A stretch of DNA of 48,400 bases from Candidatus Hermodarchaeota archaeon (GTDB lineage Archaea > Asgardarchaeota > Hermodarchaeia > Hermodarchaeales > Hermodarchaeaceae): assembly GCA_016840065.1 (NCBI GenBank), contig JAEOTB010000101.1:1-48400 (forward strand), written 5' to 3'. The notes beneath the pieces are model-generated. The model was not told where the DNA came from and did no database searches. It saw nothing but the letters and a program-made list of their open reading frames with translations. The position numbers were made by a program, and so were the translations under genes. Shown in pieces: positions 8,595 to 19,221 of the stretch. Every line of letters starts with the position of its first letter. Positions within the stretch are counted from its first letter, which is position 1.

Positions 8595-10787
8595 CTAAAC
8601 AAACGGAGTGGTACTAGGTCGCGTTTGTCGGGCTCGTTTACCCCAGGACGTATAGGCTTTCTCCATCTCCGGAGTGACTGTGGGATGTACTTCCTTAATC
8701 GCCTTCATGAAATGTCTTCGATGGACAGTTTCCGTTTCCATATCCTCCTCAAGAGCAGCAAGAGCGGCTTCTCTGCAACATGCTTCAATGTCGCTACCCG
8801 CGAAGCGTTCTGAGGCTTGAACTAGTTCAGCAATCTTAACATCCTTTGCAAGTGGCATGTCTTTCATATAGATTTCAAAGATTTTTCGACGTGCATCAGT
8901 ATCTGGCGCAGGAACAAGTATGTGGCGATCAAACCGACCAGGTCTTAGCAATGCAGAATCTAGGAGATCAGGGCGATTAGTAGCAGCTAGCACGACGACA
9001 TCCTTTAGAGATTGAATTCCATCAATTTCAGTTAGAATTTGACTAATTACACGCTCTGTTACATGCGAGCCGCCAACACCACTACCTCGGGCTGGTGCTA
9101 AAGCGTCAACTTCATCAAAGAAAATAATCGCTGGAGCTGCATGCCTAGCACGCCTGAAAACTTCTCGGACAGCTTTCTCCGATTCACCGACCCATTTACT
9201 GAGAACCTCTGGACCCTTTATACTAATGAAATTTGCTTCACTCTCAGTTGCGACTGCACGAGCGAGGAGAGTTTTGCCACATCCTGGAGGTCCGTATAGG
9301 AGCACACCTCTAGGCGGCTCTACACCTAGACGGGTGAATGCTTCAGGATATCTGAGTGGCCACTCGACTGCTTGCTTCAGTTTCTCTTTAATTTCCTCTA
9401 GCCCACCGATATCCGCCCAGCGAACATTAGGAACTTCAAGAGTTACTTCTCGCATTGCTGTTGGCTGAATTTCTCTTAGGGCGTGTAGGAAATCCTCGTT
9501 AGTCACTCGGAGATCAGCAAGCACTTCTGGTGGAATTTCATCTTCTTCTAGGTTGATACGAGGCAGATAACGGCGTAAGGCTAGCATGGCTGCCTCGCGA
9601 CAAAGGGCAGAAAGGTCAGCACCGACGTAACCATGTGTGATTCCAGACATTGCCTCAATATCCACTGAATCCAAAGGCATTCCCCGAGAATGAATTAGGA
9701 GTATCTGGTGCCGCCCATCACGATCTGGTATTCGAATCTCTATTTCCCGATCAAAACGGCCTGGACGACGAAGTGCTGGGTCGATGGCATTAGGTCGATT
9801 AGAAGCGCCTATTACAATAACTTGTCCACGTTTCTGTAGACCGTCCATGACAGCGAGGAGTTGAGCAACTACCCTCCTTTCAACTTCGCCAAGAACCTCT
9901 TCCCGTTTGGGTGCGATAGCATCAATTTCATCTATGAAGATAATACTAGGAGCATTCTTTTCTGCCTCTTCAAAGATTTGGCGAAGCCGTTTCTCTGACT
10001 CGCCGTAGAATTTACTCATTATTTCGGGACCGTTGATGGAGATGAAATGTGCCTCTGATTCATTTGCTACTGCTTGCGCAAGTAATGTCTTGCCACAACC
10101 TGGGGGTCCGTGTAGAAGAACTCCTTTCGGCGGAGTTATACCAAGGCGAGCAAAAAGTTCTGGGTGTTTCAGAGGGAGTTCTACCATCTCTCGTATTCGT
10201 TGGATTTCATCACCAAGACCACCGATTTCTTCGTATGTTATGTAAGGAATCCCTGTCTCTAACTCTTTTGGAGGCTCACTAAGTATTGTAAGCTGAGTGT
10301 TCAGAACAACAAGCCCAATCCCTGTGGGGCGTAGGCGACGTACAACGAATCGAACTGGACGACCTAATATTGATACATGAACAGTGTCGTCCTTTGTTAC
10401 TGGGCAATTCAGTAACTTCTGTTTCACGAATTCATCAAAATCTTTTGCTGGAAATCTCATTTCTAGAGGTGCAAGGACTATGGAGGCTGTTGACCGTTCC
10501 TGAACAGGATAGGCTGAAACGTGCTCTTCAAGGCTAGCCCCCGCATTTCTACGCATACGTCCATCCATTCGTATGATTCGCTGCCCCTCATCCTGAGGAT
10601 AAGCAGGCCATACAATACCTGCTGTTACTTTCCGTCCCTTGACTCCTAGAATGTCACCAGTTTGCACTCCTAGTGATTCCATTGTTGAAGTGTCAATTCG
10701 AACAATGAACCGTCCGGCATCACGTTCATGAGCCTTTTTTACTCGAAGTGTGATAGATTTACCTTTGGGTTGAATTTCATCTTCCAA
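8595..10787 (-). CDS. cdc48: Cdc48/VCP (VAT) AAA+ ATPase
   Basis: N domain plus two AAA modules (GPPGCGKT x2, IDEID/FDEVD, RRPGRFD/LRPGRFD). Confidence 0.97.
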   Translation of the reverse strand: MEDEIQPKGKSITLRVKKAHERDAGRFIVRIDTSTMESLGVQTGDILGVKGRKVTAGIVWPAYPQDEGQRIIRMDGRMRRNAGASLEEHVSAYPVQERSTASIVLAPLEMRFPAKDFDEFVKQKLLNCPVTKDDTVHVSILGRPVRFVVRRLRPTGIGLVVLNTQLTILSEPPKELETGIPYITYEEIGGLGDEIQRIREMVELPLKHPELFARLGITPPKGVLLHGPPGCGKTLLAQAVANESEAHFISINGPEIMSKFYGESEKRLRQIFEEAEKNAPSIIFIDEIDAIAPKREEVLGEVERRVVAQLLAVMDGLQKRGQVIVIGASNRPNAIDPALRRPGRFDREIEIRIPDRDGRHQILLIHSRGMPLDSVDIEAMSGITHGYVGADLSALCREAAMLALRRYLPRINLEEDEIPPEVLADLRVTNEDFLHALREIQPTAMREVTLEVPNVRWADIGGLEEIKEKLKQAVEWPLRYPEAFTRLGVEPPRGVLLYGPPGCGKTLLARAVATESEANFISIKGPEVLSKWVGESEKAVREVFRRARHAAPAIIFFDEVDALAPARGSGVGGSHVTERVISQILTEIDGIQSLKDVVVLAATNRPDLLDSALLRPGRFDRHILVPAPDTDARRKIFEIYMKDMPLAKDVKIAELVQASERFAGSDIEACCREAALAALEEDMETETVHRRHFMKAIKEVHPTVTPEMEKAYTSWGKRARQTRPSTTPFV

Positions 10788-10923
10788 GTCTTATCCCAGC
10801 TATTAAGGTGAAATTTAGGCTTTTAACTTCGTCGGCGTCACGATTCACCCTTCCGATGTTACTATTATGATTGAAGAGTGGAAAACTCTTGAAAGGTCAT
10901 GTCTTTGGTGTGGATGTGAGAAG

Positions 10924-11190
10924 CTAGAGGAGTGAGACCGCCTCGATAACGACCTCACCTACTCCTGGAATCTCTTGAACTATTTTCTCTACTAAATCTG
11001 TTCCACCAGCTTCGTCTCCGACAATGAACCGCATTCGAAGAGCAGATAATGGACCAAAGATTGGTACCTCTTCGAACCCTTCAATTTCTGCTTTACCTTG
11101 AAGGGACTGCTTGATTCGCTGCTTCAACTCTGGTAGTGGGATAGCTACATCCTCTGGCATAATTTTCATGATTGCAAGAACATTGCCCAA
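10924..11190 (-). CDS. ef1b: Elongation factor 1-beta
   Basis: KIMPE, EEVPIFG, GGTD..E; SD GGAGG before TTG 11190. Confidence 0.9.
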   Translation of the reverse strand: MGNVLAIMKIMPEDVAIPLPELKQRIKQSLQGKAEIEGFEEVPIFGPLSALRMRFIVGDEAGGTDLVEKIVQEIPGVGEVVIEAVSLL

Positions 11191-11233
11191 AAACACAACC
11201 TCCTCAAGAAATCTAGGACTCTTGTATTACCAA

Positions 11234-11410
11234 CTAAGGCCCCTTAAAATTACAACCTGCACAGGTGTATGGATTTGCAAATTCCCGGCACTTCTCGCAT
11301 CGCCAAAGTGTTAATCCGCCACAAGAAGGGCATGTGAAATGAACAGAATTTTCACGAGGACTAACTAGACCACCGCAAGAATTGCAAAAAGGGGTTTTAT
11401 GTTCACTCAA
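11234..11410 (-). CDS. Small Zn-ribbon protein (DUF1610/HVO_2753-like); not in ORF track
   Basis: Manual translation: MSEHKTPFCNSCGGLVSPRENSVHFTCPSCGGLTLWRCEKCREFANPYTCAGCNFKGP; four CxxC, ends F.GP; immediately upstream of EF-1beta as in many archaea. Confidence 0.9.
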   Translation of the reverse strand: MSEHKTPFCNSCGGLVSPRENSVHFTCPSCGGLTLWRCEKCREFANPYTCAGCNFKGP

Positions 11411-11490
11411 AGTTTTCGCCTTTAATCGTGGTTCTGCACCCTTCAGAGATGTACGGTTCTTAAATGTTATTCAACATCATTCCATTCAAT

Positions 11491-12027
11491 CTAAGTTCTT
11501 CTTTTTGAAATAGCCCTACGCTTTAATGATGTCCCACAATGTGGACAAGCTTCACCTTTGGAACGGTTCGGAAAACTCTTTGAGCAGCCCGGACAGTATG
11601 TTTTCCACTTAATTACCTCGCGAATACCACGTTCCCCTACAGGACGAAACTTGATAGCCAGAGCCGAAGCAATATTCTGAATTACATAGTCATTAGATAG
11701 CACTATTGCTGTATAGCCTTGTTTAGTAAGATCAAGAGCAAGAGCAAGGAGTTGTTTATCGGGTTCAGACAAGTATTGAAGGTCGCCTAGGGCAATCGCT
11801 GCTTCAACTACTGCATTTATAGAGAAATGTGTAGGCTCCAAAATTCTAAGTTTCCCTGAATTCAGTAGCATTAGAACGATACTATCAAGTTTCTTCCGTT
11901 TCATTTCCTCTACTAGAGCTGGTGTGGTAGCTAACTGAACTTCAGAGGCTGAGTAGTGTAGCTGCCCCATAAGAGCTGAGGTATCAACGACGAAAATCAG
12001 TGAATCAGAATCCGCCATCGAAGTCAC
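11491..12027 (-). CDS. nob1: Nob1 endonuclease (PIN + Zn ribbon)
   Basis: VVDTSAL, LSEPD..LLALA, SNDYVIQN, CPGC..CPHCG. Confidence 0.9.
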   Translation of the reverse strand: MTSMADSDSLIFVVDTSALMGQLHYSASEVQLATTPALVEEMKRKKLDSIVLMLLNSGKLRILEPTHFSINAVVEAAIALGDLQYLSEPDKQLLALALDLTKQGYTAIVLSNDYVIQNIASALAIKFRPVGERGIREVIKWKTYCPGCSKSFPNRSKGEACPHCGTSLKRRAISKRRT

Positions 12028-12842
12028 CTTAGAAGTTTTCCTTGTAAGCGGTGATAGAAACTGCTGTGTCGACGAAGGATTAGCAGAGGCGACTCAGATT
12101 TTCTCACAGTTACAGGAGCATCAGCTGGAATTTGATTTACTAGCTCTCCATCTATTACAAGATTAGACTTTATCCTGGCTCGTAAAGTGAGAGTGATTGT
12201 ATCAGGGACAACTAGGGGAAGCATGCTGTTTCGTAATGGTGCAGCAGCAATAATGAGGATAGCATCAACACGAGGATGGATAACTGGCCCTCCTAATGAA
12301 AGGCTGTGACCAGTTGATCCGGTTGGTGTTGCGATAGCAAGTCCATCACCACGGAACTTGAATTTGGAGTCCTCATCGAGTTGGATTTGGAAAACTGGAG
12401 GGCGTCCCTGTTTCTGAGGGAATAATGACACTTCATTTGCAGCGTCAGGGAATTTAGATTTCTGGAACCTTATCGAGAGGCGAGTTAACTCTTGAACTTC
12501 ACACTCACCTGCAAGCACTTGATTTATTAGAGTCTCCGCATCCCCAATTTCACATTCAGAGAGGAATCCAAAGGAGTGAAGGTTAACGGGCACTATCGGT
12601 ACGCCAGTAGGGAGTGAACGTGCCGCATGGAGAGTTGTTCCGTCACCTCCGAGTGTCACGACAAAATCCGCTTGTAGATTAGCTAGAGGAACACCTAATT
12701 CAGAACGGTTTAGTTTTTCCGCTAAGTGACTAGGCATCTGCACTGAAAGCTCCTTGGCTTCTAGAAAAGCTAAGAGCCGACTAGCTTCCCTTTCGCCTGC
12801 TGCGAAATTTGGTCGTGTGACTAGTCCAACTGTCTTCATCAA
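12024..12842 (-). CDS. nadK: NAD kinase
   Basis: GGDGT, NE, GDGLAIATPTGSTGHSLSLGGP. Confidence 0.93.
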   Translation of the reverse strand: MMKTVGLVTRPNFAAGEREASRLLAFLEAKELSVQMPSHLAEKLNRSELGVPLANLQADFVVTLGGDGTTLHAARSLPTGVPIVPVNLHSFGFLSECEIGDAETLINQVLAGECEVQELTRLSIRFQKSKFPDAANEVSLFPQKQGRPPVFQIQLDEDSKFKFRGDGLAIATPTGSTGHSLSLGGPVIHPRVDAILIIAAAPLRNSMLPLVVPDTITLTLRARIKSNLVIDGELVNQIPADAPVTVRKSESPLLILRRHSSFYHRLQGKLLR

Positions 12843-12942
12843 AGAATCATCTCATTCCAAGTTTATAACAGATTCCTGGCAACAACAAACAGCCTAAAAG
12901 TTTAAGTGAGTTATACTGTTTTATCCGAAAAGGTGGCAGTAG

Positions 12943-13347
12943 ATGTCCATAAAAATTGTTGAAGCAGGTAGCCTGAAAATAGGTCGCTACATCTTAATTG
13001 ACGAGGAGCCATGTCGTATCGTTAGTTTAGAGAAAAGCAAGTCTGGGAAGCATGGACACGCAAAGGCTAGAATAGTTGCTGTAGGATTATTTGATGATGT
13101 GAAGCGGAGTATCGTTTTGCCGACTGATGCAAAAGTTCAATCACCTATCATCGACAAACGCGTTGCTCAAATAAATTTCATCACAGACGCGACTCCCCCT
13201 ATGTTAGGCCTAATGGATATGGAAAACTACGAAAACTTCGAGATGCCGATACCTGAAGAAGATTCGCTTGAAGGAACAATTGCGCAGGGCGCCCAAGTTG
13301 AATATTGGATTGTAATGGAACGCCGAAAATTAATCCGTGTTCGTTAG
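12943..13347 (+). CDS. eif5a: Translation factor aIF5A
   Basis: Hypusine loop SKSGKHGHAKAR. Confidence 0.97.
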   Translation: MSIKIVEAGSLKIGRYILIDEEPCRIVSLEKSKSGKHGHAKARIVAVGLFDDVKRSIVLPTDAKVQSPIIDKRVAQINFITDATPPMLGLMDMENYENFEMPIPEEDSLEGTIAQGAQVEYWIVMERRKLIRVR

Positions 13348-13399
13348 CACAGCAGTTTATTCTTCCAGCATCTATTAACAGATTTTTGGTATTTACACG

Positions 13400-14335
13400 A
13401 TGCAAGAACATAATGTTAAGCAGATGATAATAAAGCCTAGAATGACCATCAGTGAGCTTGTATCACAATATGGTCAAGCTGGTGTTTTAGGGGCAGGGCG
13501 ATTAGCACGAGCAGTTAGCATTGTACGCAATATGTTTCACTCCGATGAATATCTGGTGTTTCTATCAATGGCTGGACCTATGATAGCGGGAGGATTACGA
13601 AACATCATAACAGATCTAATTCGTAATAACCGGATACAAATTATTGTAACTAACGGAGCAAATGTCGTACATGATATAATTGAGGCGATTGGAGGGCGTC
13701 ATGTACGAGGGGCTATGAATGTTGACGATTGCGAACTAGCAGAGAATAAAATTGGAAGAGCTGGCGACATCTTTGTGGAGACTTCCTCCTTTGAAAAACT
13801 TGAAGATTTTCTGATGAAGTTTCTCAATGATATTCCTGAAGAACAACGTGTTTCGGGTTTATCTCCCTCTGAACTAATCGGTGAACTCGGTAAACGGCTA
13901 GAGGACTCGCAGTCCTTCATCAGACAAGCGTATTTACACGAAGTACCTGTATTCTGCCCAGGGATTCTAGACTCCATGCTAGGCCTTCACCTTGCTCTAT
14001 TCGGACAACTACAGAAACTCAGACTTGACGGTTTGAAAGACATGAAGATACTTCATGATAAGATATTCGAGGTTAGACAAGTCGGTGCATTGATTCTTGG
14101 AGGAGGGCTACCGAAACATTTCACACTAGGCGCTAATATTCTCCGTGGAGGGATAGATAGTGCCATTCAGATTACTACTGCTCGTGATGAGGACGGGAGC
14201 CTTAGTGGTGCAAAGCTTCAAGAGGGAATCTCATGGGGTAAAGTGAAATCTTCAGCATCTTTTGAAACGGTCATCGGAGACGCTACCTTACTCTTTCCAC
14301 TCATAATAGGTGCGACACTAGACATGAAACTCTAG
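13400..14335 (+). CDS. dys: Deoxyhypusine synthase
   Basis: GAN.VHD, GGGLPKHF, DGSLSGA..EGISWGK (catalytic Lys). Confidence 0.94.
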   Translation: MQEHNVKQMIIKPRMTISELVSQYGQAGVLGAGRLARAVSIVRNMFHSDEYLVFLSMAGPMIAGGLRNIITDLIRNNRIQIIVTNGANVVHDIIEAIGGRHVRGAMNVDDCELAENKIGRAGDIFVETSSFEKLEDFLMKFLNDIPEEQRVSGLSPSELIGELGKRLEDSQSFIRQAYLHEVPVFCPGILDSMLGLHLALFGQLQKLRLDGLKDMKILHDKIFEVRQVGALILGGGLPKHFTLGANILRGGIDSAIQITTARDEDGSLSGAKLQEGISWGKVKSSASFETVIGDATLLFPLIIGATLDMKL

Positions 14336-14413
14336 CTTGAATGTTGAGAAGAAAAAGCATTAATACTCCGCGCTTTGTATCCTTGGGTGTATTATTGAAA
14401 GTAGGAAGACACT

Positions 14414-15766
14414 ATGGTTCTTGGAAAATTAGGTTCAGCGCTCCATGCTGCTGTGCAGAAGTTACTTCGTTCCCCACTAGTTGACGAGAAATCAGTTAAA
14501 GAACTTGTAAAAGATCTTCAACGCGCACTCCTCCAAGCTGATGTCAATGTTCGATTAGTGATGGAATTAACCAAACGTATAGAAGAACGCTCCTTAAAGG
14601 ATGAGATAGCTCCAGGGGTTTCCCGTCGAGAATATGTTATCAAGGTTGTTTACGAAGAGCTGACTGCTATTCTAGGGGAGAAGTCTGTTCCTCTGACCCT
14701 AAAAGCAGGAAAGCCAAATGTGTACCTTGTAGTGGGAATCCAAGGGAGTGGCAAGACCACAACGATTGGAAAGCTAGCCAAACTGATCAAGAAAAAGGGT
14801 CATCGCGTTGGTGTTGTAGCAGCTGATACGTTTCGTCCAGGTGCATACGACCAGCTCCATCAACTTGCGGAACAAGCTGATGTGCCATTTTTCGGAGAAC
14901 CGAAGGCAAAGGACTCGGTTAAAATTGCTCAGAAAGGAGTTAAACACTTCACATCTGAAAAAGCGGAAGTCATCATTGTAGATACATCAGGCCGTCATAA
15001 AGAGGAGAAAGGCCTTATTCGAGAGATGCAACAAATAGCAAAAGCAATCAAACCAACTGAGATAATACTAGTTGTTGATGGGACATTAGGTCAGCAGGCA
15101 GCAGTACAAGCAGCCGCCTTTCATGCAGCAACACCCATAGGTTCGATAATTGTAACAAAGTTAGACGGTTCAGCTCGTGGAGGTGGCGCGCTCTCTGCAG
15201 TCGCTGCTACAGGTGCTCCAATTAAATATATTGGCACAGGCGAGAAAATCGATGCAATAGAACAGTTTGTACCAACTAAATTTGTTGGTCAGCTCTTAGG
15301 AATGGCGGATTTCGAAGCATTGCTACAAAGAGTAAAAGACGCCGAAGCGATGCCAGAGAAAGAGTTAGCAAAAGCCATTATGTCAGGTCGTTTCACACTA
15401 AAGGATATGATGGCACAAGTGGAAGCGATGGGGAAGGTGGGGTCGCTTAGTAAAATTCTGAGCATGTTAGGTCTTGGTTACAAAGTTCCCAAAGAAATGC
15501 AGCAAACTGCAACAGAAAATCTTGAGAAATGGAAGGTCATAATGAAGTCAATGACCGAAGAAGAAATGGAAACACCCAAATGTATCCACCGCTCTCGGAC
15601 AGACCGAATCGCTCGTGGAGCTGGTTGCCAACCCAAAGACGTGAAAGAACTCTTGCGCCAGTATAGCCAGTCCAAACGCCTCATTAAATCACTCCGGAAA
15701 CGGCGTGGGGGAATGCGTCTACCAGGAATGCTAGGTGGTCAACAGCTTCCAAAGGGCGGCCGCTAG
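14414..15766 (+). CDS. srp54: Signal recognition particle protein SRP54
   Basis: GIQGSGKTTT, DTSGRH, TKLDGSARGGGA, M domain RIARGAG. Confidence 0.97.
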   Translation: MVLGKLGSALHAAVQKLLRSPLVDEKSVKELVKDLQRALLQADVNVRLVMELTKRIEERSLKDEIAPGVSRREYVIKVVYEELTAILGEKSVPLTLKAGKPNVYLVVGIQGSGKTTTIGKLAKLIKKKGHRVGVVAADTFRPGAYDQLHQLAEQADVPFFGEPKAKDSVKIAQKGVKHFTSEKAEVIIVDTSGRHKEEKGLIREMQQIAKAIKPTEIILVVDGTLGQQAAVQAAAFHAATPIGSIIVTKLDGSARGGGALSAVAATGAPIKYIGTGEKIDAIEQFVPTKFVGQLLGMADFEALLQRVKDAEAMPEKELAKAIMSGRFTLKDMMAQVEAMGKVGSLSKILSMLGLGYKVPKEMQQTATENLEKWKVIMKSMTEEEMETPKCIHRSRTDRIARGAGCQPKDVKELLRQYSQSKRLIKSLRKRRGGMRLPGMLGGQQLPKGGR

Positions 15767-15767
15767 G

Positions 15768-16349
15768 GTGCGAACATTAAACATCGTCATTGATTCTCCT
15801 GCTGAATTCGTAATTTCGAAGACCGAATTGGATATTGGACTTGTTACCAACCCATATCGAGATATCGCACATTGTGTTAGGGCTGCCCTGTGCATTTCTC
15901 ACGACCTACGAAGATGGGTAAACCTAGTGATATGCTTTGACAAGATTGGACCTATGTCACTCCATTTAGATCCCAAATCAATACGGTATATGGGAACTGA
16001 TGAAAGGTCGATTCTTCTCCTTCTTGTGAAAGGGCAGAACCAAATGGGAAAGAGAAAACAACACACTCCAATTGGTCTGCGAATCAGTTCTTCAACCTCA
16101 GAAGAAACAGTATCTAAATTGACTGAGAAAGACACTTTGTTTCTCTCACCTGGTACGACAGCCAACTGGCAGAACCCCGTTACCAGTTTCGAAGAAATAG
16201 TGATGTATTGTCCATTATCGGAGGGGTTACTTCCTCGGTGGGCGACTTCCTCTAATGGGCACTACTATAAAGACTATCATAGACGCGACCTAGCTATTTT
16301 AGAGATTTTACATCAACTTGATATGATTAGTTGGGAAAAAGGAAAATAA
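15768..16349 (+). CDS. TrmY-like SPOUT methyltransferase (divergent)
   Basis: RDIAHCVRAALCISHDLRR and DERS resemble the TrmY N-half; position between srp54 and pus10; C-half poorly recognisable. Confidence 0.6.
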   Translation: MRTLNIVIDSPAEFVISKTELDIGLVTNPYRDIAHCVRAALCISHDLRRWVNLVICFDKIGPMSLHLDPKSIRYMGTDERSILLLLVKGQNQMGKRKQHTPIGLRISSSTSEETVSKLTEKDTLFLSPGTTANWQNPVTSFEEIVMYCPLSEGLLPRWATSSNGHYYKDYHRRDLAILEILHQLDMISWEKGK

Positions 16350-16379
16350 CAAGATAAACCATCAAACGATGCTTGAATA

Positions 16380-17741
16380 ATGACAGTTAGTAAATTGATG
16401 AAGAAAGCTGAGAAGCTCTTAACCCGATATCCTTTGTGCGACTGGTGTCTTGGTCGGCAATTTGCCATTCTAGGGTATGGTTTATCAAACCAAATGCGTG
16501 GGAACGCCTTCAAAACCCTTCTTCTATTAGCAGGCACTGAAACCTACCATAAAGATAGAAAACGTGGAATTACTCACTTGAAGCGATTAGCTGAAAATGG
16601 AATGTTCCTTCCAGCGCTTCAATTTCTTAAGAAAGAAGGTATCAATGGGATTACTCCTGTTCAGCAGTGTAGCATTTGTCTTGGCATTATGGAAAGGATT
16701 AGAGAGATCGCTGATTTATCGATTCAGCAACTAAAAGGATGGGAGGCTACATCCATTCTTCTCGGTTCAAGAATCTCGCCAGATTTCATTGAAAGAGAGG
16801 AGCAATTACGGAGTGAAATACAAATAGAAAGCGGAGAGCCACTGAAAGCGGAGCTAAACCGAGAAATTGGTAAATTAGTTACAAAACAGCTCGACATTCC
16901 TGTTGATTTTAAATCACCTAGTATCGTTGTTGTTGTACACATCCCATCGTTTGAAGTGGAGCTTCATGTGAACTCGCTCTTCATCTATGGTCGATACAGG
17001 AAGCTTGTACGGGGGATTCCGCAAACAAAATGGCCCTGCCGAGAATGTTTAGGACAAGGATGTTCAAGATGCAAAGATACAGGAAAAATGTACCCCGAAT
17101 CAGTTGAAGAACTAATTGCCGCACCACTACTAGATGTGACCCATGGAAAAAGCGTAAGGTTCCACGGTGCAGGCCGTGAAGATATCGATGCATGTATGCT
17201 AGGAAATGGACGTCCCTTTGTTATAGAGATTCTTACACCAAGAAAACGAAACATAGACCTTGAGGAAGCAGCAAAGAAAATTAACCAGTTTGCACAAGGA
17301 AAAGTAGAAGTTGACCAGTTACGTTTTTCGACTAAAGAGATGGTGAAACTTCTCAAAAGCAGTTCAGCGACTACGGAAAAAACCTACAAAGTAATCGCCC
17401 AAACTGAAAAACCGCTTCACCCAAAGGCGCAAGAGAAACTCGAAACAATACCAATGCCCCTTGAAATAATGCAGCGCACACCCCAGCGAGTAATCCATCG
17501 ACGAGCCGATAAAGTTCGGAGAAAGCAGATATATGAATTAAGAGTCACCTCTCTGAAAAGTGATAGGATAATCCTTTTGATACGTTGCCAAGGCGGTCTA
17601 TACATTAAAGAATTCATATCTGGAGACGATGATCGCACGACGCCTAGCATTACTGAAATCCTAGGAAAGACCATCAAGTGCATACAACTAGATGTAATTG
17701 ATGTTAATCTCCCAGACGAAGTACTTCATGGTGAAAACTGA
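16380..17741 (+). CDS. pus10: tRNA pseudouridine(54/55) synthase Pus10
   Basis: LCDWCLGRQF, GRYRKL.RGIPQT.W, FHGAGREDID, GGLYIKEFISGD. Confidence 0.96.
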   Translation: MTVSKLMKKAEKLLTRYPLCDWCLGRQFAILGYGLSNQMRGNAFKTLLLLAGTETYHKDRKRGITHLKRLAENGMFLPALQFLKKEGINGITPVQQCSICLGIMERIREIADLSIQQLKGWEATSILLGSRISPDFIEREEQLRSEIQIESGEPLKAELNREIGKLVTKQLDIPVDFKSPSIVVVVHIPSFEVELHVNSLFIYGRYRKLVRGIPQTKWPCRECLGQGCSRCKDTGKMYPESVEELIAAPLLDVTHGKSVRFHGAGREDIDACMLGNGRPFVIEILTPRKRNIDLEEAAKKINQFAQGKVEVDQLRFSTKEMVKLLKSSSATTEKTYKVIAQTEKPLHPKAQEKLETIPMPLEIMQRTPQRVIHRRADKVRRKQIYELRVTSLKSDRIILLIRCQGGLYIKEFISGDDDRTTPSITEILGKTIKCIQLDVIDVNLPDEVLHGEN

Positions 17742-17877
17742 CTTTTTTACTAGTGCCTATTACTTCAAGCAATACAAGCGCTTCTTCATTTCATCACAAT
17801 AACAAGTGGAGTAATAATCTTTAAAAGACCATTCAACCAAGTCGCCACTGCCAAGAATGATTAAGAGATGGTCACGT

Positions 17878-18186
17878 ATGGTAAAACGTAGCCATGGTTA
17901 CCGTGTCGGTAGTAGAAAGATGATGACGAAAAACCCTCGTAAGAGAGGTTTACCACCACTCGGTAAACTTCTACGCACTTATGAGAATGGAGAACGTGTC
18001 GAGATTATTATCGACCCTTCAATTCATGGTGGACAGCCACATCGTCGGTTTCACGGACGTGTAGGAATTATTAAGGATAAAAGAGGAAATTCCTACGAGG
18101 TTGTCGCCATGCTAGGTAAAAAAGAGAAACTGTTGATAATTCGACCAGAACATCTTCGTCCTTGCAGCGGTGGAGAATCTAAATAA
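17878..18186 (+). CDS. rpl21e: Ribosomal protein L21e
   Basis: SHGYR, IDPS.HGGQPHRRFHG, RPEHL. Confidence 0.96.
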   Translation: MVKRSHGYRVGSRKMMTKNPRKRGLPPLGKLLRTYENGERVEIIIDPSIHGGQPHRRFHGRVGIIKDKRGNSYEVVAMLGKKEKLLIIRPEHLRPCSGGESK

Positions 18187-18208
18187 TATGTTAGCAGGGG
18201 AAAATTAG

Positions 18209-18568
18209 ATGAAAAACATTCTTGAAACGAAACCTCTTACTTTGGCAGAGGTGAAACAGTTCCTCACTAAGCGAGGGAGAAAAGCAGAGTTAAGCTATAT
18301 ACAACGTGTCACGCTAGAGCATACAATGAGGTTCTCACCACTCACTGCTCGCACAACCAGGTCGATTGTAAAGAAATTAGTTAATAAATTAGAGATGGAG
18401 GAGACGTTGGCGATACAGCTTGTCGATATCATTCCCACGACAGCAGAAGAGCTAGCATCATTTCTAGCAAAAGCGCCTCGTACTTATTCAGAAGAAGAAC
18501 AAAAGACAATACTGGAATTTCTTGAAACTCTGCAGAAGAAGGCTGAATCAAAAAGGAAAGAGGAATAG
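18209..18568 (+). CDS. rpo4: RNA polymerase subunit Rpo4/F
   Basis: LTLAEVK, LSYIQR.TLEH, LVDI.P; between L21e and DUF655. Confidence 0.88.
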   Translation: MKNILETKPLTLAEVKQFLTKRGRKAELSYIQRVTLEHTMRFSPLTARTTRSIVKKLVNKLEMEETLAIQLVDIIPTTAEELASFLAKAPRTYSEEEQKTILEFLETLQKKAESKRKEE

Positions 18569-18620
18569 AAAGCAGAAAGAGACATCCTTTAATTTTATAT
18601 AATATCCTTGAGGGGTTGAG

Positions 18621-19214
18621 ATGTCACGTCCAATAAAGAAGTTTGAAGAGTACGCATTTGTACTAGACTTTCTTCCTCGCGGCTATCCAGATGATACTCG
18701 TCCGCTTTTCCGGAAAGAACCTATCGTACAAGCAATAGGTGACACACACTTCACTCTTCTCGAGCTAGTTCCTCGTAGAGGCGCACGATTTGAACCACAC
18801 GAGGCAGTTTTCATTGGTCGTGATAAACGAGAAAAAATTGACCATGTTAAACGACGCATTCCATATGAGGATTTAACGGCAACGGCAAGAAGTGAATTAC
18901 CGTTTATCATTGAAATGCTTGTTGGGAAATCAGAACAGCGTTTTGTTGATTTCTTTAACCTTTCAAGACCCCTAACAACTCGAATGCACAGTCTAGAACT
19001 GCTTCCTGGAATAGGGAAGAAGTTCATGTGGCAAATTCTTAAAGAACGTCAGAAAGCGTTGTTTACTAGTTTTCAAGATATCGCAGAGCGTACTCATATA
19101 AGATCCCCAAAGGATCTTATCATTAAACGAATCCTGTCTGAACTCCAACGAGAAGACAAATATAGCCTGTTTACGAGAAAACCAGCTTCTGATAGAGAGA
19201 TGGGAAGGTCTTAG
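18621..19214 (+). CDS. DUF655 family nucleic-acid-binding protein
   Basis: EEYAFVLDFLP.G, FTLLEL, RMHSLELLPGIGKK (HhH). Confidence 0.9.
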   Translation: MSRPIKKFEEYAFVLDFLPRGYPDDTRPLFRKEPIVQAIGDTHFTLLELVPRRGARFEPHEAVFIGRDKREKIDHVKRRIPYEDLTATARSELPFIIEMLVGKSEQRFVDFFNLSRPLTTRMHSLELLPGIGKKFMWQILKERQKALFTSFQDIAERTHIRSPKDLIIKRILSELQREDKYSLFTRKPASDREMGRS

Positions 19215-19221
19215 AAATAGG

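Noticed and set aside
10877-10905. SECIS-like ATGA-N11-AAA...GA
   Set aside because: 3' arm too short, on the strand opposite both flanking genes, and no in-frame TGA selenoprotein nearby
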